DNA of 63,264 nucleotides from Octopus bimaculoides (Eukaryota). Made by a program: the position numbers and the translations under genes. The stretch's first letter is position 1, and each line of letters opens with the position of its first letter. The notes beneath the pieces were generated by a model. The model was not told the DNA's origin. It made no database searches and saw nothing but the letters and a program-made list of their open reading frames with translations. This document shows positions 11,706 to 24,752 of this stretch, piece after piece. The DNA lies in contig NC_068984.1 of NCBI RefSeq assembly GCF_001194135.2, positions 4,539,464-4,602,727 of the forward strand, in the 5' to 3' direction.

Positions 11706-12429
11706 TACATACATACACAGAGGCAAATCGAAAATCAAAAATAACAAAACAACAAAAATAAGAAAAATGTCAAAAGGATATACACATCCTTGACACTCAG
11801 TATAAGATGGAAAACAAAGAATACATTTTTCCTGTTAGATATACACATCTTTCATGTGGATATAATAATGGTCAGATTACTACAAATGTTTAATTATTTC
11901 TTTCTTTCTTTTTTTAGCGTTTCTTTTTTTTTTACCGATGATGGGTGTTGTATGAAATATAAACAGAGGCGGTACGTTTAGTCCCCGGTCTTTTAATACA
12001 GCAGGAACTTTTCACTTAGATCACCGGTGTCATTGACAAGCGGAGCAGTATTATCAACAACATTGTCTTGTTAGTAATTAAACTGTAATTAATCTAATTA
12101 TCTCGTGTGGATAAGGTGAACATTAATGTCTGTGGCTAACATGGGGCGACCTGCATGAGTTGAAGGTCGGTGCCCCATCAATTTGATGGTTAAATATTCC
12201 AATTATGCAACATCCTGAATGGTTTCTCTTTTTACAGAACAAACGAAGGCAAGAGATGTGTTGTGGATAACTTTTCCTCACCATTCTTCACTTTTCAGAC
12301 GGACTTCACTATTTACATCACGAAATATATATACATCCGTTACATTATACACTTTTCTCTTTTTTTAACATTCCAGATTGATGACGGTCACTCACACACA
12401 CACACACACGGAAACAACACATCTATGTG

Positions 12430-12647
12430 CACACATGAATATATACAGACATATATTTTACGCATATGAAAATATACAAATGCCCACGTATATACATGAA
12501 CATATACACGCTCAAGTACACACATGAATAGATGTATGCACACATACATGAATATATATACACATGCATATGTACACACATGAATATATATACACATGCA
12601 TATGTACACACATGAATATATATACACATGCATATGTACACACATGA

Positions 12648-12682
<35 letters not shown>

Positions 12683-12700
12683 TGTACATAGATGAGTATA
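12430..12700. repeat. RY-rich minisatellite (~34-bp unit TATACACATGCATATGTACACACATGAATATATA, about 3 copies) plus (TA)n
   Basis: Directly visible tandem units at ~12557-12660. Confidence 0.85.
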
Positions 12701-13110
12701 TCTACACATATCACTTATTCGACACCTTATACTCAATATACGTGTACCCGTCATCAATATCGATCTTATAGTTTCATATCTTTTCTTCTTTTACAGTTGT
12801 ATTCAGTGTTCCGTTATCCCCCGTGTTGTCCAAAACACACCCATTCCATCAGAACTAATTACCTTATGGACGGCAAACAGTAATCATACTCACAATTATT
12901 AATGTAGAAATAGAAGTGTTTTTATCCAAACGATATGTGAGCCACAGAGAAGACTCTGTCAGCAACAAACATACTGGTAGTAAGTGAAAAAATATATATC
13001 CATATTGCACATTTATAAACGAATTGCCTTGATATCCATGACAAAGATATGAGCTCTGACATCATAATCACAGTCATTTGTCAGTTTTTAAGAATTCCTC
13101 AATAATTAAA

Positions 13111-14385
13111 ATGGAAGACGTTAATTACTTGGACTCTTCTGACACGACTTTTACTAATGAAATAGTTTCAATAAGACACACAGACAGTGGTGAGAAACAA
13201 TTTTTATGTAGTGGAACATTCACTGAAGAAAAACCATTACAGGGAAATCTTCATGAATATCAGTGTGAGATTTGTAGGAAAACATTTTCTTCGGAAGACG
13301 AAGCATCGATACATAAAGAGATACACAAGAGGAGAAAACCGTTCCATTGCGAATTATGTGGAGAGTCTTTTGTCTCAAATGGTAATTTAACAAAACACAA
13401 AAAGATCCACACTGGAGAGAAACGNNNNNNNNNNNNNNNNNNNNNNNNNNNNNNNNNNNNTTGCGAATTATGTGGAGAGTCTTTTGTCTCAAATGGTAAT
13501 TTAACAAAACACAAAAAGATCCACACTGGAGAGAAACGGTTTCAGTGCGAGATGTGCAGGAAATCATTCACTCAGAATTCGAACCTTGTGATCCACATTC
13601 GTAGCCATACAGGAGAAAAACCTTACCCTTGTGATATTTGTGGGAAATCTTTCTCTGTCAATGCTAGTCTTGTAGTTCATAAAAGATTACATACGGGAGA
13701 GAAACCATTCCATTGTGAAATATGTGGCAAGCTTTTCGTCTCTAATAGTCTCTTAACGAAACACACAGTCATACACACGGGGGAGAAACAGTATCACTGT
13801 GAGGTGTGTGGCAAATCGTTCATTAACAATTCTCATCTTGTCGTTCATAAAAGAATTCATACTGGAGAGAAGCCGTATCATTGTGAAATTTGTGGCAAAT
13901 CTTTTGTGGAAAATTCCAAGTTGACTGTCCACAAACGTAGCCACACTGGAGAAAAGCCGTATCACTGTGAAATATGTGGAAAATGTTTCATTGAAAATTC
14001 CAAGCTAAAAGTCCACAAACGGAGTCACACCGGAGAGAAACCTTACCATTGTGGAATTTGTGGCAAATCGTTCTCTGATAATTCTAGTCTTGTAGTTCAC
14101 AAAAGTATACATACTGGAGAGAAACCATTCCACTGTGAAATGTGTGCGAAATCCTTTATTACCAACAGTCTCTTAACAAAACATAGAAGAATCCACACTG
14201 GAGAGAAGCCGTATCATTGTGAGATTTGTGGCAAATCGTTCTCTGACAATTCTAATCTTATAGTTCACAAAAGAATCCACACTGGAGAGAAACCATACCA
14301 TTGTGAGATATGTGGAAAGTCGTTTGTCTATAACAGTCATTTTAAACTGCACAAACAAATACACAGCGAAGGGACATCCTTTTAA
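13111..14385 (+). CDS. Tandem C2H2 zinc-finger protein (12 distinct fingers, TGEKP linkers, no KRAB/SCAN/BTB)
   Basis: Uninterrupted ORF of CxxC-x12-HxxxH repeats. ATG 13111 (AAAATGG) is the first ATG after an in-frame TGA at 13057. A 36-N gap is flanked by an identical 78-bp duplicate (13347-13424 = 13461-13538), so finger 2 is probably counted twice. Candidate upstream acceptor TTTTCTTCTTTTACAG at 12796. Confidence 0.93.
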   Translation: MEDVNYLDSSDTTFTNEIVSIRHTDSGEKQFLCSGTFTEEKPLQGNLHEYQCEICRKTFSSEDEASIHKEIHKRRKPFHCELCGESFVSNGNLTKHKKIHTGEKXXXXXXXXXXXXXCELCGESFVSNGNLTKHKKIHTGEKRFQCEMCRKSFTQNSNLVIHIRSHTGEKPYPCDICGKSFSVNASLVVHKRLHTGEKPFHCEICGKLFVSNSLLTKHTVIHTGEKQYHCEVCGKSFINNSHLVVHKRIHTGEKPYHCEICGKSFVENSKLTVHKRSHTGEKPYHCEICGKCFIENSKLKVHKRSHTGEKPYHCGICGKSFSDNSSLVVHKSIHTGEKPFHCEMCAKSFITNSLLTKHRRIHTGEKPYHCEICGKSFSDNSNLIVHKRIHTGEKPYHCEICGKSFVYNSHFKLHKQIHSEGTSF

Positions 14386-14424
14386 CTGGGGAAAAGGAAA
14401 AGAATCTTGCAAAACAAAACTTAC

Positions 14425-15015
14425 TGTCTACCCACACAGCCTCAGACTCAACACGTAGGCCTACATCAAGTGCCTGGAGGAGGTAGTGCTACCCTGGGTC
14501 AAGAGGGTGGCTGCTGGAAGACCTTATGTCTGGCAACAGGACTCTGNNNNNNNNNNGTGGCTGCTGGAAGACCTTATGTCTGGCAACAGGACTCTGCACC
14601 ATGCCACACAAGTAGGAGAACCCAATCATGGCTGTCAGACAATTTCTGCGACAAAATTACCCCTAAAATCTGGCCACCTAACTCCCCAGACTGCAACCCC
14701 CTTCATTATCATGTATGGGGCACAGTTGAGCAAGGGACCAACAAAACTCCTTGTAACTCCAAAGATGAACTGAAGGCAAGGATTATGGCAGCATTCACCA
14801 GCTTAAACAAGGAGACCGTCCAGAAGAGTAGTGGGAGATTCTGAAGTCGTCTGGAGGCCGTGGTTGAAGCCAATGGCGATTTTATTGAATAAATTTACTC
14901 TTTAATATTTCAAGATATTTTTATGTAATTTTGGTAAATATATCTGTTAAAATGAAATGTCAGTGTTATTTTCATTTTTGCATAATTTAGATGACAATTT
15001 ATTCACTGCACCCTG
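14425..15015 (+). mobile_element. maT/DD37D-type Tc1-mariner transposase 3' half with 3' TIR
   Basis: YVWQQDSAPCHTSRRTQSWL...WPPNSPDCNPL(H)YHVW, with 37 residues between the second Asp and the third-Asp position (here D->H). Ends ...ATTTATTCACTGCACCCTG. Confidence 0.8.
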
Positions 15016-15454
15016 AATATGCAGAAGGAAAATATTGGTTTCAAATTTTGGCACAAGGCCAGGAAGTTTGGGGGAGGGGATAATTTGATTACATCGACCC
15101 CAGTGCGTAACTGGTACTTGTTTTATTGACCTCGAAAGGATGAAAGGTAAAGTCAACCTCAGCAGAATTTGAACTCAGAACGTAACGACAGACAAAATAC
15201 CGCTAAGAATTCTGCCTGGTACACTAATGGTTCTGTCAGCTCATGACAGAAGGAAAACAACAAGAGGATGAGTTTAAAACATTTCTTATGAATAAAAGAA
15301 ATTATTGAGAAATTTATGTAAAATCATATCACCACAATTTGTGATAAAATGTATTTTTGTAAATTAAAATGTTATAAATTCTAACATAAAATCTTGTAAT
15401 TATTATTCATTAATGATATTTTGTAGTTGTGGCCAATGCCAATGTCAGATCAAT

Positions 15455-15650
15455 GGCACCTGTGCTGGTGGCACATAAAAAGCACCAACTACACTCTCAG
15501 AGTGGTTGGCGTTAGGAACAGCATCCAGCCATAGAAACCTTGCCAAATCAGACTGGAACCTGATGCAGCCCTTGTCTTACCAGTTTTCCATCAAACCATC
15601 CGACCCTTGCCAGCATGGATAGTGGACATTAAACGATGATGATGATAATT
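15455..15650 (+). mobile_element. RTE LINE 3' end with (GAT)n tail
   Basis: GGTGGCACATAAAAAGCACC...GGTTGGCGTTAGGAA...GGACATTAAACGATGATGATGAT. Other tail copies at 19690-19970, 32060-32340, 32430-32630, 32835-32970, 44555-44710, 49905-50300, 57900-58075, 62870-63057 (+) and 34480-34670, 44300-44420, 55020-55250, 58075-58195 (-). Confidence 0.8.
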
Positions 15651-15654
15651 ATCC

Positions 15655-16140
15655 TCATCATCATCTTTTAACGTCCATTTTTCATGATGGCATGGGCTGG
15701 ACAGTTTGACAGGAGCTGACCAACTGAAGGGCTGTTCAGGCCCCACCTGTCTGTTTTGGCATGGTTTCTACAGCTGGATGCCCTTCCTAGTGCCAACCAC
15801 TTTACAGAGTGGCACAGGATGCTTTTCATGTGGCACCAGTACAGGTGCTTTTCACATGGCACCAGCACTTCGAAGCCCACAAGATTAGGGATGCTCAGCT
15901 GGAAAGGGTTGCAAGGGTCAAGCCTGTATGCAAGGGCAACCATGCTTTTACTTAGCTTGACATGTCTTTTCAAACCCAGCAAACCGCCAGGAGTCTCTGT
16001 CCCCTGTCATCCCCTCATTGAGTCCCAACATCTGTTGATCCTTTCTCACCACTTTGTCCCATGTCTTCCTGGGTCTACCCTTTCCACATGTTCCTCCCAC
16101 AGTTAAAGATCGATTGTATCTTGATGCAACTGTCTTCATT
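15655..16140 (-). mobile_element. RTE LINE ORF C-terminus plus 3' UTR
   Basis: SLTVGGTCGKGRPRKTWDKVVRKDQQMLGL..MTGDRDSWR (RTE C-terminal GRPRKTW motif), followed by the same 3' tail. Confidence 0.85.
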
Positions 16141-17559
16141 CATATGCATTACATGGCCATACCAGTGCAGTCTTCTCTCTTGCTATGAATACCCATTACA
16201 AGGCCCGGAATTTTGCAGGAGGGGACCAGTTGATGAGATCAATCCCAGTATGCAACTAATACTTAATTTATAGACCCCCAAAAGGATGAAAGGCAAAGTC
16301 AACCTCTGCGGAATTTGAACTCAGAACATAACAGCAGACGAAATACCGCTAAGCATCTCACCCAGTGTGCTAACGATTCTGCCAGCTCGCTGCCCTATTT
16401 ATTGTTTTGAATAAATATTGACAAGACAACTGTATCAACTGGTCACTCAATAAAACAAGGAGCCTGTCTCTGACTAAAATTCTAGCCACCACATATGTCC
16501 CAAGACAGAGGAGTTGTTCACTATCAACTTCAGTTATTCCGTACAGAAAAAGATCAATTTCTCTATATTCTATGGAACCTAGCATTTCTTTCTTTTTCCC
16601 AATGATGTATCAATATAGGGTGGTGGTGGTGGTCGGGTGGCAGAATCATTAGCACACCAGACAGAATGCTTTGAGCCATTTCGTCCGTCTTTACATTCTG
16701 AGTTCAAATTCTGCCAAAGTCAACTTTGCCATTCATCCTTTCAGGGTCAATAAAATAAGTACCAGTTGTGTGCTGGGGGAGATGGAATTGAATTGCCCCC
16801 CCCCCCTCAGAAATTGCTGGCCTTGTGCCAATATTTGAAACCAATATTGTATGAATGGTTCCATCTAATCTTGGAAGCATCGAAGAAGCCATTGTTCTTA
16901 GCTTCGATGTTTTTTGTCTGTTTTGTTCTTTATTCTTCTCATGTGACACAGTTTCAAGAATTTAGCTAAAGAACAAAAAAAAAAGTTGGTCCTGTGACTC
17001 TTTTAATTTAATTCTTTACATTTTGTAGATTTGCTTTTCAGGTGATGACTCTGGGGCGGTCCTTTTTTTCCCCACCTAAAATACCAAAATTAAGGTCCAG
17101 TCATTTATTGAGATCCTACACTGTATGAATCCATCAATTCCTGCAGACACTCTTAGACAGGAATACTTTTTGTATTTTATACTTTTGCACATGGTCTCAT
17201 CTCAGAAATTTCCCTTTTATTTATTTTTGCTAACAAGTAATATTTATGCAAATATTTTGTGAAGAACATACAGGGAGCAAGTTATGGTCTTTTGGACTAT
17301 GATAAGCAGACAGGGACTGAGTACTGATCACTCATGAATTTCTACCTCCAATCTAAATTTATTGCTGTACTCATTGCTAATTCTCACCTTGCTGGTTAGT
17401 ATGGCTCTCATAAGCCATTTGTCTACTCTTACCTTCCTCAGAAACCAGCACAGAAGAAAGGACCCTGTTGAAGGCTTTCTCCAGATCAACAAATGCCAGG
17501 TACAGCTAAGTACTTCTGAAATTGTCTCACTATGAAGATGGCATTTGTAATATTTTTAG

Positions 17560-17900
17560 GCACAAATCCATTCTGGCCAAATCATCTGGCCTCTCTCCCT
17601 TTGAGCTTGTATTTGTAACCTCCATGACCCCTGTCATTACCTGTCTCTAAGGCATCTCCTTCACTCCTGCAACAGCTGCTTCACCAGTCACTGGGTGTGA
17701 CACCTTTCTATACATATCTCCGGGTGTAAGTCCCATACACTTAATTGCCTCATCTATCATTCTGCTGTGAACTGCAATGGCTACCCCTCCGTTGGTTCTC
17801 GGCTGAAAGACTCACTTTCTCCCATTCATTCTCCACATTTAAGAGCCTTTCATAGTAGCACTTTCTTGCCCCTCTCTTTCCTAAATCACTAAGTGCAAGT
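17560..17900 (-). mobile_element. Decayed RTE RT fragment (domain 0 region)
   Basis: MIDEAIKCM...-like segment and downstream IP.DW-like region; heavily mutated. Confidence 0.45.
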
Positions 17901-20900
17901 GTGCCATTATCCACCCATGAACACTTCTTAACTACAATGTTCCATTCAGTTCCAAGGACATTTTATGCTTCTTATCCTTTTGCCATAGAACATTATCAAA
18001 CTTACTTGCTCCTTCTCCACTTGTTAAGGTCAGCAACGTTTATAAACTGTTGTGAAAGCAGAGGTCCCACAATGTTGTGTATAAACTGTAGAAATATGCA
18101 CCAGGATTAGCAAAAGTACAAAGTGATAACTTCCAGTGTCTGTGGGTGGTGGCACGTACAGAGACAAGACATGAGACAACCGCGGCCTGGATGAGCCACA
18201 ATGTGATTGCGGAGAGTCAACCTTTGAACTAATAGAATGCAACACCAAAATAGAAAGTCAAGCAAAGGTTTTAAGAAGCTGGCCATTTCCAAAGTACATT
18301 GAAATAGAAAACGAAATGAAGAGTCTCTATAAACATGCACACATATACACTCATACTAGCCAACATGCATAACAAATAAATATATTCATAAATATAGATA
18401 GCTCTGCTTATCTAAAGTGCACCACAGACACCAGAAGTTCCTGCTGAGGCACTTAACTTATCGTCAACATACTCACGTGAAGGTTTCCCACCACCACCAC
18501 CACCACTCACTTGACACCATGCACTCACGCTGGGGACCAACAATAAGCAAGTCAGCCACTAGTTGCGTGACACACACACACACACTAACTTGACTTGTCT
18601 ACTCATTTAGCAAAACAAAATTGGGCTCCTGACCCAATTACAGACATTTTTGTTGATATCATTCCAGACAACTTCCGTGAAGTGCATATTCCAGAATGTA
18701 ATAAAGAATGTTGAAAAAAAAAAAACAGAATGTCGATGCTGAGGCAAGACAAATTGTATTTCATGTCCAGTCAATATGTCACACCAGATGGATGCAATGG
18801 ATGAAGGTAGAGGTACAAGACATAATTCCAAAGATGATGATAGTTTTTTTGTCTGATCCTTTTATACACAGAACTATCCCCACCATTCACCAATGTTCTG
18901 ATTAAGGGTCAAAAATAAGATGGATAATAAGATCCTGATTTTCTCAAATCATGGTTAAGAATGTTGGAACGACTTTATTTAGGAAGCGTATCATGTGATG
19001 TATATATCAACTTCATACAGTAGAAAATGATGTTTTACTAGAGTTGGTATCACCTGGGCAAAACAAAGAAAATTTCTAAGTGCAAACTTTGTGGGTTTTG
19101 AATTTGTGTTTAAGGGAAATGGCCTACATTTGTAAAGATATACAAATTGTGTCCAAACCATTTTAAATAGGTTTATATCTTTGAAAAGAAGAGTTTAAAA
19201 TATGTTGAACAAATGGATGATGGCATAAACTCGGACACTGAAACAAAAGTGTTTACACCAGAGGTCAAGAGATAAAAAAAGAAAACAGAAGCATTTCAAG
19301 TTTAAGTCGAATGTCAGTTTGGATATGTAGTTGGATACTGACTGAGGTTATCTAAATTTCAAGGAAATTCTCAAAAATTATTGGTCAAGCTAAATTTCTC
19401 AAAAGTTGTTTGTACCCTTGCCATTTTGAAAGGTTAATGGTTCCAGATTTGGGTTTTATTTAAGACATTATAAAAACAGGCACTCAGTAGAAAATTACAC
19501 TGGTAGAGATAGTGGTGCTGAAGAATTGTGATAAAATTCAGTCTTTCTGGAACCAATGTTTTAAATACTAATAGCACAACTTTATTGTTGCCTCATACCA
19601 AACATACCAAAGTACTACAGGAATAACACCTGTTTTTACTGAGGTGTAACAATTCAGACAAAGGAATTTTTACCTGCAACAAAATACTTTGGCAGCACAT
19701 AAAAAGCACCATTCAAGTGTGGTTGGTGCCAGTGCCGGCTGACTAGTCCCGTACCAGTGGCACATAAAAAGCACCATTCGAGCATGGTCGTTGCACGTAA
19801 AGAGCACCCACTACATTCTTGAAGTGGTTGGTGATAGGAAGGGCATCCAGCTGTAGAAGCTTTGCCAAATTGGATTGGAGCCTGGTGCAGTCATCTGGCT
19901 CGCCAGCACCTCAGTCAGACCATCCAACCCATGCCAGCATGGAAAGCAGATGCTAAACAATGATGATGAACTTTCCATTTCAAAGGAAAGCATTCAAATC
20001 AAAAAACGGTCCAGAAAATCACATTAAATGACTTTCCTCCCTCAAATAGAATAGAAATGGTATCATTTTTTAGGATTGGTAAACTTTTACGGCTGATATT
20101 TGCCCAAATATTCTGAAATGTTCAAACCATTTATGATTTTGCATAAGAAAAATATCAAATTTGCTTTGATAAATGTTTAGACAATGATATTTGAGAACTT
20201 CAAAAATGCACTTGCTAAAAATCTTGTGAAGGTTATCTGATGCTAATAAAGACATTAACAAAAGAAAAACCAACTTAGCAGCTTTATTTTTGTCAATGTG
20301 CCAGCCATGTATGAGGTTTGAAGACCATCTGCACACCACACAGAATCGTAGAGAAATCCATGCCATATGTTAATGGATCTTAGAAATGCAACTTATGCAT
20401 AGCTGAAAGATCATTTATTCCTTTTAGATCTAAGATCTGAAATTTTTAGCAAATGCAAACATATAGACAAACTTCTCTTTAGGTGAACTGGAGAACACCA
20501 CCCCCTACAAATTAAGCAGCTGTCTCAGACTTTGGACCCCTCTCTGTTGAGTTATTCTAAAAATAGCTTAATTATGGCTTTTCAAAGGGGACGTAACTCT
20601 AATTTTCATTTTTTTTTTCCATTTTTGTTCACTTTTAAACTTTTTGCATCTAATTTCTCGTTTTTTTTCTCATTATTTCTTTTGTAACAGCATCCTGATT
20701 TGTAAATTGAACAGACCCTGTGCTCAGAGCCCGAAGATTGCTTAGAGACACAAGGCGTGTTACAAAAACCTGCCAAGACTCTTGTCTCCAATTAGTAGCT
20801 CATATCTTTATACTGTGTACATTAAACGATATTTACCTATTTATCTCTCAATGGATGGAGCACTTTTTCATGTTGATCTTACCTTAACAGAACTGTAAAC

Positions 20901-21363
20901 TATATATATATGTATATATATGATATAGCATACACATAACCTATTATATGATATGATGAAATGATTTCTTTTCAGGGTTTTGCATTTAATTGAATCATAA
21001 TAACTGTACACTCATGTTATTTCTGATTTATGAGAATACATTTTATTGCTATTTACCCACAATGTCAAATAGATGGAGAGTATCTTTTCTGTCTTCTGGA
21101 AACATGTAAGATGGACTAAGAGAATTCAGAGAAAAATGCATTTATTAAAAATATCACAGTAAAAGATAATCTCACAAATGTAGACATAGTTATCACTATA
21201 AAGAATACAGCTCGTCAGGTGCTTATCAGACTTCTATATTTTCTTTCCTCTGTGAATATATTTATGGTGATATAAAATATTTTCTTTTACAGTTATGCTT
21301 TTGTGTAGATACACACATATGGAGTTTTAACGATGTTTCTGAGAGAGTGATTTAGCAAAGATA

Positions 21364-22584
21364 TCAGTTGAATAGTCTGTCACGTGCATGAATACGTTTG
21401 TGGGTGTTTAAGGTATTTCCATGAGAGAACGAATTACCACAGATATCACAGTGATATGGTTTGTCACCTGTATGAATACGCTTGTGAGTAGTTAAATTAC
21501 TCTTTGCAGAAAACGATTTACCGCAGATATCACAGTGATATGGTTTCTCTCCTGTATGAATGTAGTTATGAGCAGTTAGGTAATCATTTCGAGAAAATGA
21601 TTTACCACAGACATCACAGTGATATGGCTTCTCTCCGGTGTGAATATGTTTGTGAGTGGTTAAGTTACAACTTTGAGAGAATGATTTACCACAAATGTCA
21701 CAATTATACGGTTTCACTCCTGTATGAATATGTCGGTGAGAAGTTAGGTTACAACTCTGAGAGAATGATTTGCCACAGATATCACAGTGATATGGTTTCT
21801 CTCCTGTATGAATATATTTATGAGTAGTTAAGGTACTTCCTACAGTGAATGATTTACCACAGATATCACAGTGATATGGTTTTTCTCTTGTATGAATATG
21901 TCTATGGTTAGTTAGATTACCACTTTGAGAAAATGATTTACCACAGATATCACACGAGTAGGGCTTCTCCCCTGTATGAATATATTTGTGAGTCGTTAAT
22001 TGACCCCTTGTAGCAAAAGATTTTCCACAGATAGCACAATGATGGGGCATCTCTCCTGTATGAATGCCTTTGTGAGTAGCTAGGTTACTTCTTGAAGAAA
22101 ATGATTTCCCACAGATATCACAGTGATATGGTTTCTCCCCTGTGTGAATACGTTTGTGAGTTGTTAGTACACTTAATTGCGAGAATGATTTACCACAGAT
22201 ATCGCAGTGGTATGGCTTCTCTCCTGTGTGAATGCGTTTGTGTGAAGTTAAGAACCTTCCTTCAGAGAAATATTTACCACAGATATCACAGTGATATGGT
22301 TTTTCTCCTGTGTGAATACGTTTATGTAGAGTTAAGTTACCATTCCTTGAGATTGATTTACCACAGATATCACAGTGATAGGCCTTCTCTCTTATATGAA
22401 TACGTTTGTGAGTAATTAAGTTACCTTTTTCAGAGAATGATTCCTTACAGATATCACAGTGATACAAGGTTTTCCTTTTCTCTTTCTGCATCTCATTAGA
22501 AAAACCAATCATTTGAGACTGTGTTTTTCCATTTAACTTGGTTTTCACAAAATTCATTTTCCATAATTTTTCTTCTCTCACCAT
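21364..22584 (-). CDS. Tandem C2H2 zinc-finger protein (13 fingers, no KRAB/SCAN/BTB), 406 aa
   Basis: 13 [23 protein letters not shown] units in one ORF. An in-frame TAG at 22683-22681 lies upstream of ATG 22584 (its AG could alternatively be an acceptor). Other candidate acceptors at 22896 and 22997. Confidence 0.95.
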   Translation of the reverse strand: MVREEKLWKMNFVKTKLNGKTQSQMIGFSNEMQKEKRKTLYHCDICKESFSEKGNLITHKRIHIREKAYHCDICGKSISRNGNLTLHKRIHTGEKPYHCDICGKYFSEGRFLTSHKRIHTGEKPYHCDICGKSFSQLSVLTTHKRIHTGEKPYHCDICGKSFSSRSNLATHKGIHTGEMPHHCAICGKSFATRGQLTTHKYIHTGEKPYSCDICGKSFSQSGNLTNHRHIHTREKPYHCDICGKSFTVGSTLTTHKYIHTGEKPYHCDICGKSFSQSCNLTSHRHIHTGVKPYNCDICGKSFSQSCNLTTHKHIHTGEKPYHCDVCGKSFSRNDYLTAHNYIHTGEKPYHCDICGKSFSAKSNLTTHKRIHTGDKPYHCDICGNSFSHGNTLNTHKRIHARDRLFN

Positions 22585-23879
22585 TATACAATTAAACCTT
22601 TCTTGTTTTTGGCTTTCTATTTTATTCCAAGTAAATATTTCTACTGCTGAAGTTCCATCAACTTTGGCTTTTTTTTTAATCTAAAGATGCTGCAAACCAT
22701 TGTAAATGTGTCCAAGCTTAACTGGAATGCAAAGTCATCTTGTAAACACCCCAGAGAGTGGAGTTGAGAAATTATTCTGTTAATCTCAATTCACAGGAAA
22801 TGTAACACAATAATTCTTTTATGGATTTATATAAACAGGATTATATCTCTTCTGTAGAACATCTTCAGTCTTTACTGCCAACATTGTCTGATATTCTGAA
22901 ATGATATAAAAAGATGGTTGAGAGGACATTGGAAACGTAGAGAGTCAACAAAGACAATTTTACTACATTTCTCTATTGATAAATATTAACTTTCACCTGA
23001 AACAAAATTACATCAGACAAACTCTGTGTGAAGCCTCCTTATGCACAAATTACATCTTCAGATTGTGTAACATATTTTCATACACACACATAATTATAGA
23101 ATAGTGGGCAATAACACTCATCTCTTTCCAGAAATGGTTTTCATCTTTGGTACTATGCAACTGCTGTACTCGCCTGTAAGCAATGTCGCACATATATCCC
23201 AAACCCTCCCAACCAGTACCCCATCCCCACCAAATTACTTCCATTCCTTCTCATCCCTACCCACCCCATTTAAACCATCACCCCCTTTCTGTAGCTTCAG
23301 TCACTGCTTTTTTCCCCCTTTGCTACACTCCATCCTAAACACTACTATTACCTGCTCTCAGTACCCTCACACATCCACCCTCATAACCCACCTACTGTAG
23401 ACTCTTATGTATCCCTATCTCTCCCTCTTCACAGCTCCTTAAGTACATCTCCTTTATAAGGTTCAGCATCTTGAGATCAGCCTTCAATACTTCATGGAGT
23501 ATAGACGAGAGAAAGGGAAATGATGTGAAGTGTGGGAAAGAGGAAGAGGTGCTCAATGACAAGGGCAGAGGTCAGAGGTACGTAGGAGTGAATAGAGACA
23601 AGGGTGGATGAAGGCTGGTTGATATGAGATGGTGTTCAACAGTGATATGGGATGATATTGAGAATGTGAAGTGGGTGATATGGGGAGGTGGCTCCAGGGA
23701 GAGAGGAAACTGGGAGCACGAAAGTGTTGGGGATGAAATATGTGCAGCTCTGCTCTTATATAAATATCAACACAACAGTTGAGATAATGCTGTAGTTAAA
23801 AGTGTTATGGAAAGATGGGTGGGGGGAACAGCTTGAATGCAGGGCCATGGACAGAAATGATCTGCTTTTAGGACCTCAC

Positions 23880-24320
23880 TTTTGTCGAGGTGGGTTCATC
23901 TTACTGAGCACAGCAAATCACTAGTTATTCCGGTCCTTTGTCATCTCTAAGAAGCACAATGTCTTGAGGTAGGTCTTCACTACTTTGTCCCCGTGCCTTT
24001 CTGGGTCTTTTCCACATGTCCCCTGTCGTCATCCATATGCATGACATGACCATCCCAGTGTAGTGTTCTTTCTTGCACACTACACCTGATGCCTCACAAC
24101 ACATTCACACTTTGCCATACATGCACACTGACATTGCACATCCAGTGGAACATGTAAGCTTCATTCCCTTGAATATCCCCTACATTCATGGCTTGCATTT
24201 CACAACCATGTAGCATCACTGTTTGTACACAAACACATTTGTGCAATTTCCTGTTCACTCTGAGAAAGGGACCATTTGTTACATGCAGTGGTAACAGCAC
24301 TGAACTTTCTCCGTCCAATT
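23880..24320 (-). mobile_element. RTE LINE C-terminal ORF relic
   Basis: LLPL..NGPFLRV..KL..CV.TVMLHGCE...NEAYM.HWMCNVSVHVWQSVNVL*GIRCSVQERTLHWDGHVM. Confidence 0.8.
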
Positions 24321-24354
24321 CTTATTCTAACAGTTATGTTTCAAAACATGATCC

Positions 24355-24572
24355 AAATAATTTTGTTGCATCTCTGAGACGCGGCAAAGTTTTTTGTCAG
24401 GTAGCAATTTCAAACGACGAAAATTATGACACCATATCACAAAAAAATAAACGTGAAGTTGACCGTCTTCGAGCGTTTCTGAATGGCTACGTCTTCCGCG
24501 GAACAATTGCTTTACTTTCAGCACACGATTTCAACTGAAAACACTTGCTATGCAAGTACATCTCCATTACAT
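24355..24572. mobile_element. Terminal fragment of a repeat family also present at 47580-47790
   Basis: Shared TTTCAGCACAC.AT.TCA...CACTTGCTATGCAAGTACATCTCC and the inverted GCAGCAGAGATGC/TTGCATCTCTG segment. Confidence 0.55.
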
Positions 24573-24599
24573 ATCGTATCGTATCATATCATATCCACA

Positions 24600-24752
24600 A
24601 ACACACATTTTTCAGTTTCTGTCTATCAAACCAACTTAAGTTTTGGTCTTGTCGGTACGGGGCAGTAGTTGAAGACACTGACCCACAGTGCGGAGCAATA
24701 GAACTGAATTCAAAACAATGAGGTTGGGAAGCGAACCACACGGCCATGCTTG
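24600..24752 (-). mobile_element. tRNA-derived SINE family D, head fragment
   Basis: Reverse complement resembles GGC(C)GTGTGGT...GCTTCCCAACC...GTTC...CACTGCG...AGTGTCTTC, as in 57429-57560. Also at 31490-31640 (-) and 43595-43720 (+). Confidence 0.6.

Noticed and set aside
13347-13538. Apparent exact duplication of a zinc finger
   Set aside because: Identical 78-bp copies flank a 36-N gap, and the 114-bp spacing does not fit the 84-bp finger period; most likely an unmerged contig overlap.
14507-14596. 40-bp direct repeat in the maT relic
   Set aside because: Identical copies either side of a 10-N gap; assembly artefact.
21504-22415. Plus-strand ORFs with repeating [15 protein letters not shown] units (21504..21827, 22092..22415)
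   Set aside because: Antisense shadows of the 84-bp zinc-finger periodicity; same for minus-strand ORFs over ZNF1.
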